Of a stretch of 64,000 bases of DNA, positions 19,125-28,199 are shown one piece after another. The position numbers and the translations under genes were made by a program. Source of the DNA: Candidatus Latescibacterota bacterium (GTDB lineage Bacteria > Latescibacterota > UBA2968 > UBA8231); contig OZ244561.1 in NCBI GenBank assembly GCA_965217585.1, forward strand, positions 5,280,001 through 5,344,000. Direction: 5' to 3'. Each line of letters begins with the position of its first letter. Within the stretch, counting starts at the first letter, position 1. The notes below the pieces were generated by a model. The model saw only the letters and a list, made by a program, of their open reading frames with translations. It did not search any database and was not told the origin of the DNA.

Positions 19125-19475
19125 ATGACCCGGGAACGTGATGAGATCGTCAAAACCATTGTCCGCGAGACCTTAGCGGAACGCTTCACCGACGCTGAGT
19201 TTGTGTTCGATCCAATTCGGGTCGTTCCACTCGTCGATGAATTCGGCGATGGCGACGGCAAAGAGTACCTTCGCATTACCATAGTCTTCGACGGCGACCA
19301 GAAAAAGCTCGATCCTAGCTGGACATCGACCTTGATCCGGCGCATTAAGCCGAAGCTGCTTGAGGCGGGTATAGAACAATTCCCTAGCCCGTCGTTTGTC
19401 GAGAAGTCCGAGTGGCTGAGCTTGTATCGCAAGTGGCGGCGACGCCACCCGGAGGCAAGCGTTGAAAGCGATTGA
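19125..19475 (+). CDS. Hypothetical protein, possible degenerate minimal-nucleotidyltransferase-like antitoxin
   Basis: 116 aa; overlaps the preceding stop and the downstream HEPN-like gene; DGDG..YL.I.IVF pattern; no canonical GS..DxD motif. Confidence 0.5.
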   Translation: MTRERDEIVKTIVRETLAERFTDAEFVFDPIRVVPLVDEFGDGDGKEYLRITIVFDGDQKKLDPSWTSTLIRRIKPKLLEAGIEQFPSPSFVEKSEWLSLYRKWRRRHPEASVESD

Positions 19476-19962
19476 TTTTATTGCGACAGCCCAAGATTTA
19501 GCCGGTGCCAACAGGGGGGGTCGGCCGCGGGAGGCAAACCTCCGCCGTGCCGTCAGCACGACGTACTATGCGCTGTTCCACTGCCTAGCGGCCTGTTGTG
19601 CCGATATGGTCGTCGGTGGCTCTGGATCAAAGCGCAGCCGGGCAGCGTGGCGTCAGGCATACCGGGCGTTGCAGCACGGTCACGCCCGACAACGCTGCGA
19701 ACGCCAGCATATCATCGCAAAATTTCCGGACGAGATTCAGGATTTCGCAGATCTATTCGTCGATATGCAGAAGAAACGGCACGGTGCTGATTACGATCCC
19801 GATGCAACAGCAACCTACGATCCAGATACGGCTTTTTCCAAATCCAACGTCATTCAGGACATTGCTGTTGCCGAGAATGCTATCAACCGCTTTTCCAATG
19901 CACCTGTCAGGGATCGACGCGCCTTCGCTGTCTATGTCCTGCTGGACATCAGGAGGGACTAG
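19462..19962 (+). CDS. HEPN-like protein (UPF0332-type)
   Basis: LRRAVSTTYYALFH and KKRHGADYD motifs typical of this HEPN clade; TTG start. Confidence 0.7.
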   Translation: MKAIDFIATAQDLAGANRGGRPREANLRRAVSTTYYALFHCLAACCADMVVGGSGSKRSRAAWRQAYRALQHGHARQRCERQHIIAKFPDEIQDFADLFVDMQKKRHGADYDPDATATYDPDTAFSKSNVIQDIAVAENAINRFSNAPVRDRRAFAVYVLLDIRRD

Positions 19963-19997
19963 GCGGAGGTCGGTCTAACGCAACACCTTGTAGGAGA

Positions 19998-22247
19998 CTA
20001 GCGCGCTTTGAACATGTGCCGCAGTTGGTCGGCTAGCTCCTTGGTTTTTTCTAGCGTCTGTTGCTGCATGTGGTGTTGCCGCTTTAGGCGCTGGTAGTGC
20101 GCGTACTCGGCGTCGGCGCGTTCGCGCTGACCCGTTTTGAGCAGGAGATGGGATAGGGAGCGACGGGCCTGCAGATCGCGGGGGTGGTGTTGCAAGATGC
20201 GCTCAAAGCGCTGGAGGGCTTGGCGGTACTGACCTTGGTTGGCCTCTAAGGTGCCCATGCTGCGCAAGGCGTGCGCGTTGTCGGGATTGAGCGCCAGCGC
20301 CGCGAGCAAATGACCCTTGGCTGTTTCCTCGTCCCCCCGCTTTAGCAGCAGATCGGCTAAATGGCACAGCCCGGCGAGATGATCGGGTTGATTGGCTAGT
20401 AGCTGCTGATAGGCTTGTTCGGCGCGCTCGGGGTGGGCTTGGATTTCGTATAGCTGACCTAGCAGATAGTAAGCCGCATGGGAGTCCAGTTCGAGTGCTC
20501 GGCGATAGGCCGCTTCGGCTTGCGCCAGCCGGCCGGCAGTGGCTTCGGCCTGACCGAGGCGGAGGTACAGGTGGGCTTGATCTGGTTGCCGCACTAGGAG
20601 CTTTTGGTACTCGGCCGCCGATTCTTGGGCTTGGCCCCGCAGGCGGAGAAAATCCGCTAGCTGGAGGCGGACGTCGTCTTGGTCGGGATAGTGGTCGAGG
20701 AATTGCCGCCACGTGTGGGCGGCATCATCGTAGCGCTGAGTCGCCCCGTACATATTGGCTAGGCCCAGCAGGGCGTGGCGGTGGGCCGGGTCCAGTTCGA
20801 TGGCGCGGCGGTAGTGCTGCAAGGCATTGGTCTTCATGCCTTTGCTCTTATAGACGGCTGCCAGCGAATAGTGGTGGAAGGCGGCCACGTGCAGGCTGGT
20901 CGCCGCGGTTCCGGCGTTGGTGACCAGCAGCAGCAAGGCGAGGGCACCAGCCGACAGATACAAGGGTCTATAGCGCAAACCAGCCAGGGTGCAAGCGCCA
21001 TAGGCGGCCAGCAGCAAGAGACAGGGCACGGCTGGCAAGCGATAGCGGCCCGTGACGAAAAACAACACCACTGACAACATGTAGATCCCCGCAAAGAGCA
21101 AGACGAGATAGGCTGCCGGGGTGCGGCGTTCCGGTTTGAGCAGTACATAGGCCGCCCCGAGCAGGGCGAGAGCCGAGACCAAGCCAAAGGGGAACGCGAG
21201 GCCGTACTTCCACAGCAAAAGGCGCAACAGCGGCGAGTACTCAGCGGCGGAGTACGGATCGGTATTGCGGGGGATCTCGGCTCCGTGCCAAAACAGATAG
21301 CCCTTGTGCAAAAGCAGGGCCAAATAGCTGCCCGGATCGGTGCGTATATATTCCCAGGCTTTGCCCAAAAGGTAGCTTGAGCCAGCCCCTGGCTGGGTGA
21401 TGCCGGCCTCGCGTTGAGGCAGGTCAACCACGTCGCTCCACCCCGCTCCGGGCCGCGCTGCTACGGTGCGGTCGTAGTCCGGGTTGTTGCCGAGGTAGAA
21501 GTTGACCCCCGCGTTGAAGGAGATGAGCACCCACTCGCCGCCGACGATGCGGTTGCGCAGGGTCACCGGGCCTACCAGCAGCAGCAGACCGGCGGCAAAG
21601 ACCGCCACGTGGAGGGCGCAGCGGCCTGTTGCCGCAGCGGGCCACCAGCGATACACCCACCAAGCCGCTACCGGCGCAAAGAGCAACACATTCGGCACGG
21701 CCAAGGTGCCTAGCCCTAGCACGAGTCCGGCGCTAAGCGCAGCAAGTGCGCCGCCCCGGCGCTGGCCCCACAACAAGACTAACAGCAGCACCGCGTCGAA
21801 AAGCACGGCCCAAGTCGTGGGCAAAAGTTCGCCCTCAAAGTAGAGGAAGGGGCCGTACAGCGCCGCTCCTAGGGCGGCTACCCAGCCCACCGTCGGCGAA
21901 AAGACCTCGCGGCCTAGCTTGAGGACGATTAGGCAAGTGGCCGTGCCGGCTAGGGCTTGGAGCAGACGCGGCAGGTAGTAGTTTTCGCCAAAAAAAGAAA
22001 AAAGAACGGCTAGAAAATAGGGGTAAAAAGGAGCCTGCCAGAACGGCATCGGATGCCCAGCCCAAGTGCCGGCTGCCAGTTCGTGGGCGTATTCGGTATA
22101 GCTTCTGGCATCTACAATAGGCGTATCGAAAAAAGGACTGTCGCTGGCTTGGAACAGGTAGCCTAAGCGCTGGCCTAGGGCCAAGACGGCTAAGGCGGCC
22201 AGCTTGGGCCAGTGCAGCGAACGCGCCTTATTTGCCCAAGCCAGCAT
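19998..22247 (-). CDS. GT-C (ArnT/PMT family 39-like) membrane glycosyltransferase with C-terminal TPR repeats
   Basis: VDARSY..YA, FWQAPFYPYFLA, NAGVNFYLGNNP, RYRLP, multiple TM helices; about 8 TPR-like repeats. Confidence 0.85.
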   Translation of the reverse strand: MLAWANKARSLHWPKLAALAVLALGQRLGYLFQASDSPFFDTPIVDARSYTEYAHELAAGTWAGHPMPFWQAPFYPYFLAVLFSFFGENYYLPRLLQALAGTATCLIVLKLGREVFSPTVGWVAALGAALYGPFLYFEGELLPTTWAVLFDAVLLLVLLWGQRRGGALAALSAGLVLGLGTLAVPNVLLFAPVAAWWVYRWWPAAATGRCALHVAVFAAGLLLLVGPVTLRNRIVGGEWVLISFNAGVNFYLGNNPDYDRTVAARPGAGWSDVVDLPQREAGITQPGAGSSYLLGKAWEYIRTDPGSYLALLLHKGYLFWHGAEIPRNTDPYSAAEYSPLLRLLLWKYGLAFPFGLVSALALLGAAYVLLKPERRTPAAYLVLLFAGIYMLSVVLFFVTGRYRLPAVPCLLLLAAYGACTLAGLRYRPLYLSAGALALLLLVTNAGTAATSLHVAAFHHYSLAAVYKSKGMKTNALQHYRRAIELDPAHRHALLGLANMYGATQRYDDAAHTWRQFLDHYPDQDDVRLQLADFLRLRGQAQESAAEYQKLLVRQPDQAHLYLRLGQAEATAGRLAQAEAAYRRALELDSHAAYYLLGQLYEIQAHPERAEQAYQQLLANQPDHLAGLCHLADLLLKRGDEETAKGHLLAALALNPDNAHALRSMGTLEANQGQYRQALQRFERILQHHPRDLQARRSLSHLLLKTGQRERADAEYAHYQRLKRQHHMQQQTLEKTKELADQLRHMFKAR

Positions 22248-24888
22248 ATAGAGTGATAAAGCCTTGGGTCAGGATTTCTGATTCGCGTTCGATGCTTTTG
22301 AAATCGCGCCAATCTGCTTTGAGACCCACTTGGGCGGATACCTCGTAGCCCAAGTAGGAACTCACATTGGCTAGCTGCAAGGCCCCGGCGACTCCGGTGA
22401 AATCGTTGTTGTCGCGCTTCATATCGTTGGCGAAAGAGTACTCGATTCCAGTTTGAATGCGGGTGTTGTTGAGGATGGGAAACCCCAAGAGAAACCCCAC
22501 TATCTCGGTCAGCACCGTCTCCTCGTCGGCGGTGAACAGCCCCACGGTCTGGCGACGATATTCGCTTTTCCAGCGCGGCTCGAGTTGGACGGCACCTAGA
22601 TCGTAGCGGTAGCTGAGTTTGTTGATGACGCCAAAAAAGGAGTCCGTCTCGCGCAGAGCCGCGTCGTCGCGCTGGTGAAAAAGCTCCAAGTTGAGATAGT
22701 TATACGCCTCCAAGCCCCCTCGGTTGTAGTTGTGTCCGATCCAAGTGGTATTGATCCAAGTATCTTGGGCCAAAAGAGGATCTACCACTTTTTGCAGCTG
22801 GCCGTCGCGCTGCGTGTTTTCGGGGAACCACTGGAGCAGGTCGTTCGGGATATTGTCTTGGGCCAGCTTGACCATCTGCATAAAGCGGAAGCGCCCTTGT
22901 TGGGGATTGTCCCGGTCTAGGCTGAACAGGGCGTAGGAAGTGTGATTGCGCTTGTCGGCCGAGATCAGTTCCTCGCGCAGGTGCCCGATGGTAAGGCGAA
23001 TGTCCGGGGTCAGCCGGTACCCCATATATACGTTGAAGCCGCGGTGGTCTTTCTGATAGGGGTAGTCTGGGGATTCGTCGTTTTCAAAGCGGTCAACCCA
23101 CAGATTGTTATTCATGTCGATCCCGTAGAGGAAGTCGGGTCGGTCCACGCGGTGTCTGAGGAAGGCTTCGTCGTAGTCGGGGATGCCATTGGAGATGGTT
23201 AGGTTGTCGTTTTGGTTGAAGTCCGAGATGAAGTCGTAATTCTCGTCCCAGCCGGGGAAGACCCGGCGGTCGCCGGCTTGAGAATCGGCGCGCACTAGGT
23301 CGGGCGCGCGGTCTTGGTCGTCGTTGTCCTCTACCAATTCCACCACGTGGAAGCGCTCGTTTTCGTAGTCGATATTACCGGCCGAACCGGTGACAAAGGT
23401 GCGGGTGTTGTAGAGCGGATCCATGCTGTACGCTTCGCCAAAAAAGAACCAAGGATGGGCCACCTTGGACAGGTTGATCATCCAAGCAGGCTCGACCTGC
23501 TCCCCGCCCACGCCCGCCGAAGTGGTGTGGCTGGTCCGCGTCACGCTGGGGTATTTGCGGTAGGCCACACTCAGATCGTACTCGCCGTAGAAGTTGAAGC
23601 CGGCAACATCCCGCAGCTCTAGGGTGGTCCCGATAACTTGGGTAGCCGTAGGCAGTCCGTACTCGAATTTGAGGATGCGCAGGTTGGTGTTGTCCTGCAC
23701 ATTGCCCTCGGCCTGTGCTACCAGCAGCAGCACGGGTTCGCCGCTGCGATTGGTCTGGTTATTGGACGTCATCCACACCTGATAGTCGTTGCCAATGGTC
23801 AGCTCGAACTCGACTTTGGCAATTTCTTCTTTGGGACCCGAGGCCCGGTTGACGAAGGCAGGCGTGTCGAAGTCGTAGAGCAGGCGGATCTCTTCGGGGC
23901 CATCGGCCGAGATGAAGCCTTCTTGGACGAACCCCCCTTGGCTGGCTGGTTCAAAGCGGATTTCCCGGCCGTGATCAACGGTGCCGTCGTTGTAGGTAAT
24001 GATGATGTCCGAACCCACCGGGAAGAAGGCGGCTCCACCGCTGCCGTCTGCGGGCGAGTCGTCGCGCAGGACCAGTTCGATAAAGGAAACGGTCTGGTTC
24101 TGGTCAACCGTCAAGGCTCCGGCAATGGGGTTGCCCTTAAAGCCGTCGCGCAGGGTATTGGACTGGTGGGTGTTGACGAAGTGAACACCGATTTGGGTGA
24201 AGTCGCCGATCTGCGCGGTGGCCCGACCGCCCATGAGAGTGGTGAGGTTGGTGGTGAGGACTTCGGTGTTGTCGGTCGAGGCCCCGCCGGGAGAACTAAG
24301 GCGCGAGTAGATGACGGTGCCTTGGTACTTGTCGGTCGCCATGTCGAACTGGACCCCGTCCCAAAAGGGTTTGGAAAAGCTCATGGGGGTGAGCGTGGTG
24401 CGCAGGCGATTCGACACCGTCAGGGCGTAGTGGTACTGGCCCTTGCTGTCCGAGGCAATAGCCACGCCCGAAAACCAGTTATTAAAGCGAGTGGCCTTGA
24501 CCAGCGAACTGCCAAATTGCCGCGGCTGGGTCTGCGAGTTGCTAAAAATGAGCCAGCCACGAGTGATGGCGTTGCCAAATAGGTCGTAGTAGTAGTCGCC
24601 CTCTAACCGGATATCGACGTAGCGCTGGTACTGGTTGCGGGCGTAGTTGCTGTACTCCCACTGGCGCCAGCGGTACTCGTTGTAGAGCTCCTGCGGTACG
24701 TACCACTTCTTGATGGCCGGATCCAGCGCGTCGAAGAGGACGCCCGGGCCATAAGGGGCATAGCTGGTCTCGCCGCTTCCTCGGGGGACGCCCAGCCGCG
24801 TGCCATAGTCGGGTTGGCTGTAGGCCGGGCTTAGCACACAGCTCAAGACCACCAAGACAGACGCGGTATTTAGCCTTATCGCTTCCAT
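22228..24888 (-). CDS. Large exported hypothetical protein, putative outer-membrane beta-barrel with Ca-binding-like loops (paralog 1 of 3)
   Basis: Signal peptide; KKWYVPQELY..Y.W..WEYSNY; EDNDDQD, FPGWDEN.DFISDFNQNDN, GIDMNNN..VDRFEND; amphipathic C-terminal strands ending FITLYAGLGK. Confidence 0.7.
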   Translation of the reverse strand: MEAIRLNTASVLVVLSCVLSPAYSQPDYGTRLGVPRGSGETSYAPYGPGVLFDALDPAIKKWYVPQELYNEYRWRQWEYSNYARNQYQRYVDIRLEGDYYYDLFGNAITRGWLIFSNSQTQPRQFGSSLVKATRFNNWFSGVAIASDSKGQYHYALTVSNRLRTTLTPMSFSKPFWDGVQFDMATDKYQGTVIYSRLSSPGGASTDNTEVLTTNLTTLMGGRATAQIGDFTQIGVHFVNTHQSNTLRDGFKGNPIAGALTVDQNQTVSFIELVLRDDSPADGSGGAAFFPVGSDIIITYNDGTVDHGREIRFEPASQGGFVQEGFISADGPEEIRLLYDFDTPAFVNRASGPKEEIAKVEFELTIGNDYQVWMTSNNQTNRSGEPVLLLVAQAEGNVQDNTNLRILKFEYGLPTATQVIGTTLELRDVAGFNFYGEYDLSVAYRKYPSVTRTSHTTSAGVGGEQVEPAWMINLSKVAHPWFFFGEAYSMDPLYNTRTFVTGSAGNIDYENERFHVVELVEDNDDQDRAPDLVRADSQAGDRRVFPGWDENYDFISDFNQNDNLTISNGIPDYDEAFLRHRVDRPDFLYGIDMNNNLWVDRFENDESPDYPYQKDHRGFNVYMGYRLTPDIRLTIGHLREELISADKRNHTSYALFSLDRDNPQQGRFRFMQMVKLAQDNIPNDLLQWFPENTQRDGQLQKVVDPLLAQDTWINTTWIGHNYNRGGLEAYNYLNLELFHQRDDAALRETDSFFGVINKLSYRYDLGAVQLEPRWKSEYRRQTVGLFTADEETVLTEIVGFLLGFPILNNTRIQTGIEYSFANDMKRDNNDFTGVAGALQLANVSSYLGYEVSAQVGLKADWRDFKSIERESEILTQGFITLYAGLGK

Positions 24889-24912
24889 AATCTTCCCCTT
24901 GGCTGGTGTAAA

Positions 24913-27900
24913 CTAATAGACTACGGCCACGATGCGGGCCAAGGCCGTGTCGGTGGCACGGTCCGAATCGGCACCGAAATCAATCCGGCATATATAAAGT
25001 CCTGGCGGTACGGTGCGGCCAGCCGCATCGCGGCCGTTCCAGCGGATTTGCTGGGGGCCTCCTGCCACTTGGGTGCTGTTTTCCCATATCAGGCGTCCGT
25101 CCAGTGAGTAGAGGTGCAGACGCGCTTGGCGTGCTTGGGTCACTTGGAAGATGGAAAACGCGACGGTCAGTTCGTCGTTGACCCCGTCGCCGTTGGGCGT
25201 AAATGGGTTGGGGGCCAAGCTCAGGTCGCCGAGGACTTGCCCTCCCACGGGGATGCTCAGCGTCAGTTGGCGGCTGTCTGTTAGCGCAGTGGCGTCGCCT
25301 GGTTCTACTTGCTGCCACAAGCTCCCGTTGGTGTCGGCGGCGACGCGGCGGACAAAAGGCTTAAAGGTGGTTCCGTTGCGAAAGATGGCGGCGGCAAAGC
25401 GCAAGTGGATCAAGCGGCCTGGCCCCAAGACGGCACCGCGTTCGGCTGCCGGCAGCGCGTAGTAGGCTGTGCGCGTCAGGGAGTCGCCCAAGGCGTCAAA
25501 GGGCGATTGGGCCCCGCCGCCGCGCAGTTTGCGAAAGTAGCGAATCGGCCCTTGTTCGGCTGGGGGCAAGGCATCGTACTCAGCGCGGCCAGAAACCGCT
25601 GCCAAGCCGTCGGCGGTCTGCCGCAAAAAGAGAATGGCCCCGCGCTCGGCCTCGTTGAGCAGGCCGTAGGCCACCTCGGTGATTGGGTCGCCGTCCTCGC
25701 CCACTATGACTTCGGCCCCTTGGGGGGTGATGCGGTGGTAGGTCTGGACCGTCTGCTCTGCAGGTAGGGTCTGGTGTGGTTGGGGCAGCAGGACCCAGAT
25801 AGAGTCGGCGTGGTTGCGCCGCACTTGGGCGATGGCCCCAGAAGCATCGGTCAGGTGGCCATCGGCTGCAAGGGTAAATGTCTGCAAGGGACTTCCTCGG
25901 CCTAATTCTTCCTCGGTCCCCATGCTTAGGCTCAACAGGTGCAGCGCGAGTCCGGGAGGAGCTTGTAAGAGGATTTCGTCAAAGCCTGGAGTGCGGTTGG
26001 CCGCCGGCTCGTTTATGAATACCGGGCGCAGATACAGGTCAAACGTGTCCAACCGGCCGACCGAGGCCTGCGTGGGCCATACTTCGGCGGTGAGGGCGCG
26101 GGCCACTGGAGGGGCCAGCTCTACTTCGATTGACCTAATTGAGGCGGCTTGTAGGCGATCTTGGCTGGTAAAGCGCACCTGTAACTGCATGTAATTGCGC
26201 AGCCCGGGGGAACGGACCCGGTCGCCCGGCTGTAGGTACTGCTGGCTCCAAGGACTCCAGCCGCTGCCGAGGGCAAAGGTGGTGTCGATAGGCCCCTTCC
26301 AACTGGTGATCAGCTTGTCCCATTCTTCTTTGGTTTTCTCGTTGCCATTGACGTCGAAATGGCGAATTTGCTGCACCAGCAGATCGCCGGTGCGCGTCCG
26401 CACTTCTGCCGTCGTGCCGGGGGGGTGGGTGCCGGGGGGTGGATCCCAGCGGATGGCACCGAAGTTGCGCGGTCCCGGCAGGCGAATGATATCGGACACC
26501 AGCGCAGCTTGGCTGACAAACCCTTCGGTGTAGAGCAGGACTTCGGTCAGGTCGTAGAAAAAGCCCGAAGTCCGCGCGATGCCCGGCAGGCGCAGGTTGA
26601 GGAAGCGGATGTCTAGGGGTGGGTCAAAGAGGTCGGCGGCGCGCGTAAATCCTCCTTCCATGCGGTCGGGTAGGCTGATCTGTCGCCACCGCAGCCGGCC
26701 GTTGGGATCGCGGCTGCCGTCGGCCACCTCGGCGATGTAGCCGGGAATAAAGGGAACGGCCAAGCGCATGGCGTCGAGCCAGACGCGGGCACCAATATCG
26801 ACGGTGAGAATGCCAGCGGTGGGGTTGGAACTAAACCACGCCGGCATGCGGAAGGTGGTGTTCCAGTCGCCGTCAAAGCCCCCAGCCGGGACTTCCGGCC
26901 CGGTAAAGTTAACGCTACCGCCTCCGTCAATTAGCTTAGGCGATAGGTTGTCGCCCCAGCCCCAGACCTCTACTTCGGCCAGCCGGGGCCGCTCGCGGAT
27001 GTAGTACTCTTTGCGGCCTTGCTGTTCTTGGGGGAGGCTCTCGTAAATAGCCTGCTCTACCGGTTCCTCAAAGCCGACGTCGTCGCGGATGTAGTAGAGC
27101 ACATCGCCCCGTTCGTCGGCTGGCAGGGCATCCCACGCCGCCTCGTCGATTTGGTGTGCCCGCCCCAGCTTGCTGTCGCCAATGAGAATGCGCACGGTCT
27201 GGGCCATGCGGCCGGTCCACTCGGTGCGACCGTCGTCGTCTTCGGAAAAGCCGGGCGTGTCCTCAGAAGAAAACTCCATCGTCCGCTGGTCCGTATTGGG
27301 AGCCTGGGTTTGGCCGACCACCTTGAATTGGAGCACGCGGCTTTGGGCTTGAATGAGCTTCTGCTGGGGGGCTAGCATGACGCGGAACTGGCGGAAGGGA
27401 TCGCCCAAGGTCTCATCGACAAAGTGCAGCACTACTTTCTCGACCACGACCGCGCGGCCCAAGTCGATTTCGATCCACCACTTATCTGGAGTGGCCGCTA
27501 GGTCCGGTTCCCAAAAGGTGGTGCGGTCGCCATCGACAATGTGGGGGGCTAAGGCTTCGTTGGAGCCTACTCGGCTGACGCCGACGCGCTGGACATAGTC
27601 GTACACCGGAAATGGGATTTTATCTTTAGCGCCAAATTCGCGCGTCGATGCTACCCCCGTGCGTTCGTTGCGCAGGCTCAGGGTCACGGTCTTGCCGTCG
27701 CTGCTGAGGGTGGTATCGACGATGGTTAGGAGGCGGTCGTCAATGGGTATCCGGCTGTCGTTACCGGGGAAGCGCTTGAAGTCCCGGTTGAGAAATTTGA
27801 TCAGTTGCTCGGCTTTGCCGAGGGCAACGCTGCCGTCCGCTTCCAAAGTCGGGGTGCGCTGGAGGTTCATAATCGCCCGGTCTGCCTTGCGGATGCCCGG

Positions 27901-28173
27901 TTGGTCCACGGGTTTGGCAAATATTTCGCGATCTTCGGCGATGATGTTGTACACGTGGCGAAAGAAATGGGGCTTGACAATCCCATCTGGATGCACATCG
28001 ACCACGTGGGAAGGCCCGCTCCAGTGTCGCCAGTAGGAAGCCTTGTCGACGATGATGCGGTCGCCCTGCAGACGGTGGCCTAAGGGCGCTTGGGCACTGA
28101 CTTGCTGGAGGGCCAAACAGCCAAAGGCCAAGGCCCAAATTCGGCTCCAATGGCTGTAGCGCTTGCGGTTCAT
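24913..28173 (-). CDS. Secreted protein with discoidin-like domains and FlgD-Ig/CHU_C-like C-terminal domain (paralog 1 of 6)
   Basis: Signal peptide; VDGDRTTFW, WIEIDLGR; WSPWSQ..SPG.R.YMQ; PNPFTPNGDGVND...YSLDGR...WNGRD..G..VPPGLY...VAVVY. Confidence 0.8.
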   Translation of the reverse strand: MNRKRYSHWSRIWALAFGCLALQQVSAQAPLGHRLQGDRIIVDKASYWRHWSGPSHVVDVHPDGIVKPHFFRHVYNIIAEDREIFAKPVDQPGIRKADRAIMNLQRTPTLEADGSVALGKAEQLIKFLNRDFKRFPGNDSRIPIDDRLLTIVDTTLSSDGKTVTLSLRNERTGVASTREFGAKDKIPFPVYDYVQRVGVSRVGSNEALAPHIVDGDRTTFWEPDLAATPDKWWIEIDLGRAVVVEKVVLHFVDETLGDPFRQFRVMLAPQQKLIQAQSRVLQFKVVGQTQAPNTDQRTMEFSSEDTPGFSEDDDGRTEWTGRMAQTVRILIGDSKLGRAHQIDEAAWDALPADERGDVLYYIRDDVGFEEPVEQAIYESLPQEQQGRKEYYIRERPRLAEVEVWGWGDNLSPKLIDGGGSVNFTGPEVPAGGFDGDWNTTFRMPAWFSSNPTAGILTVDIGARVWLDAMRLAVPFIPGYIAEVADGSRDPNGRLRWRQISLPDRMEGGFTRAADLFDPPLDIRFLNLRLPGIARTSGFFYDLTEVLLYTEGFVSQAALVSDIIRLPGPRNFGAIRWDPPPGTHPPGTTAEVRTRTGDLLVQQIRHFDVNGNEKTKEEWDKLITSWKGPIDTTFALGSGWSPWSQQYLQPGDRVRSPGLRNYMQLQVRFTSQDRLQAASIRSIEVELAPPVARALTAEVWPTQASVGRLDTFDLYLRPVFINEPAANRTPGFDEILLQAPPGLALHLLSLSMGTEEELGRGSPLQTFTLAADGHLTDASGAIAQVRRNHADSIWVLLPQPHQTLPAEQTVQTYHRITPQGAEVIVGEDGDPITEVAYGLLNEAERGAILFLRQTADGLAAVSGRAEYDALPPAEQGPIRYFRKLRGGGAQSPFDALGDSLTRTAYYALPAAERGAVLGPGRLIHLRFAAAIFRNGTTFKPFVRRVAADTNGSLWQQVEPGDATALTDSRQLTLSIPVGGQVLGDLSLAPNPFTPNGDGVNDELTVAFSIFQVTQARQARLHLYSLDGRLIWENSTQVAGGPQQIRWNGRDAAGRTVPPGLYICRIDFGADSDRATDTALARIVAVVY

Positions 28174-28199
28174 GGAGTCTCTCCAAGTTGTGTGGCCGT

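Larger units (their letters stand above)
10823..19128 (+). pseudogene. Sacsin/NOV-type GHKL ATPase with C-terminal Zn/HNH-like domain, interrupted by three IS elements (fragments 10823-13072, 15931-16060, 17336-17602, 18761-19128)
   Basis: HFIYELLQNAEDA and IGKFGVGFKAVF GHKL motifs; CQIC...LALCPLC in the last fragment; the fragments join in frame into 1004 codons after IS removal. Confidence 0.88.

Noticed and set aside
15934-19128. ORFs 15934-16131, 17344-17607 and 18772-19128 as independent small genes
   Set aside because: They are in-frame fragments of the IS-interrupted GHKL/HNH-like gene
19790-19832. YDPDATATYDPDTA micro-duplication in the HEPN-like gene
   Set aside because: A short in-frame slippage duplication with no evident functional consequence
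6228-19997. Island as a prophage or integrative element
   Set aside because: No integrase, tRNA, phage genes or flanking att-like direct repeats found
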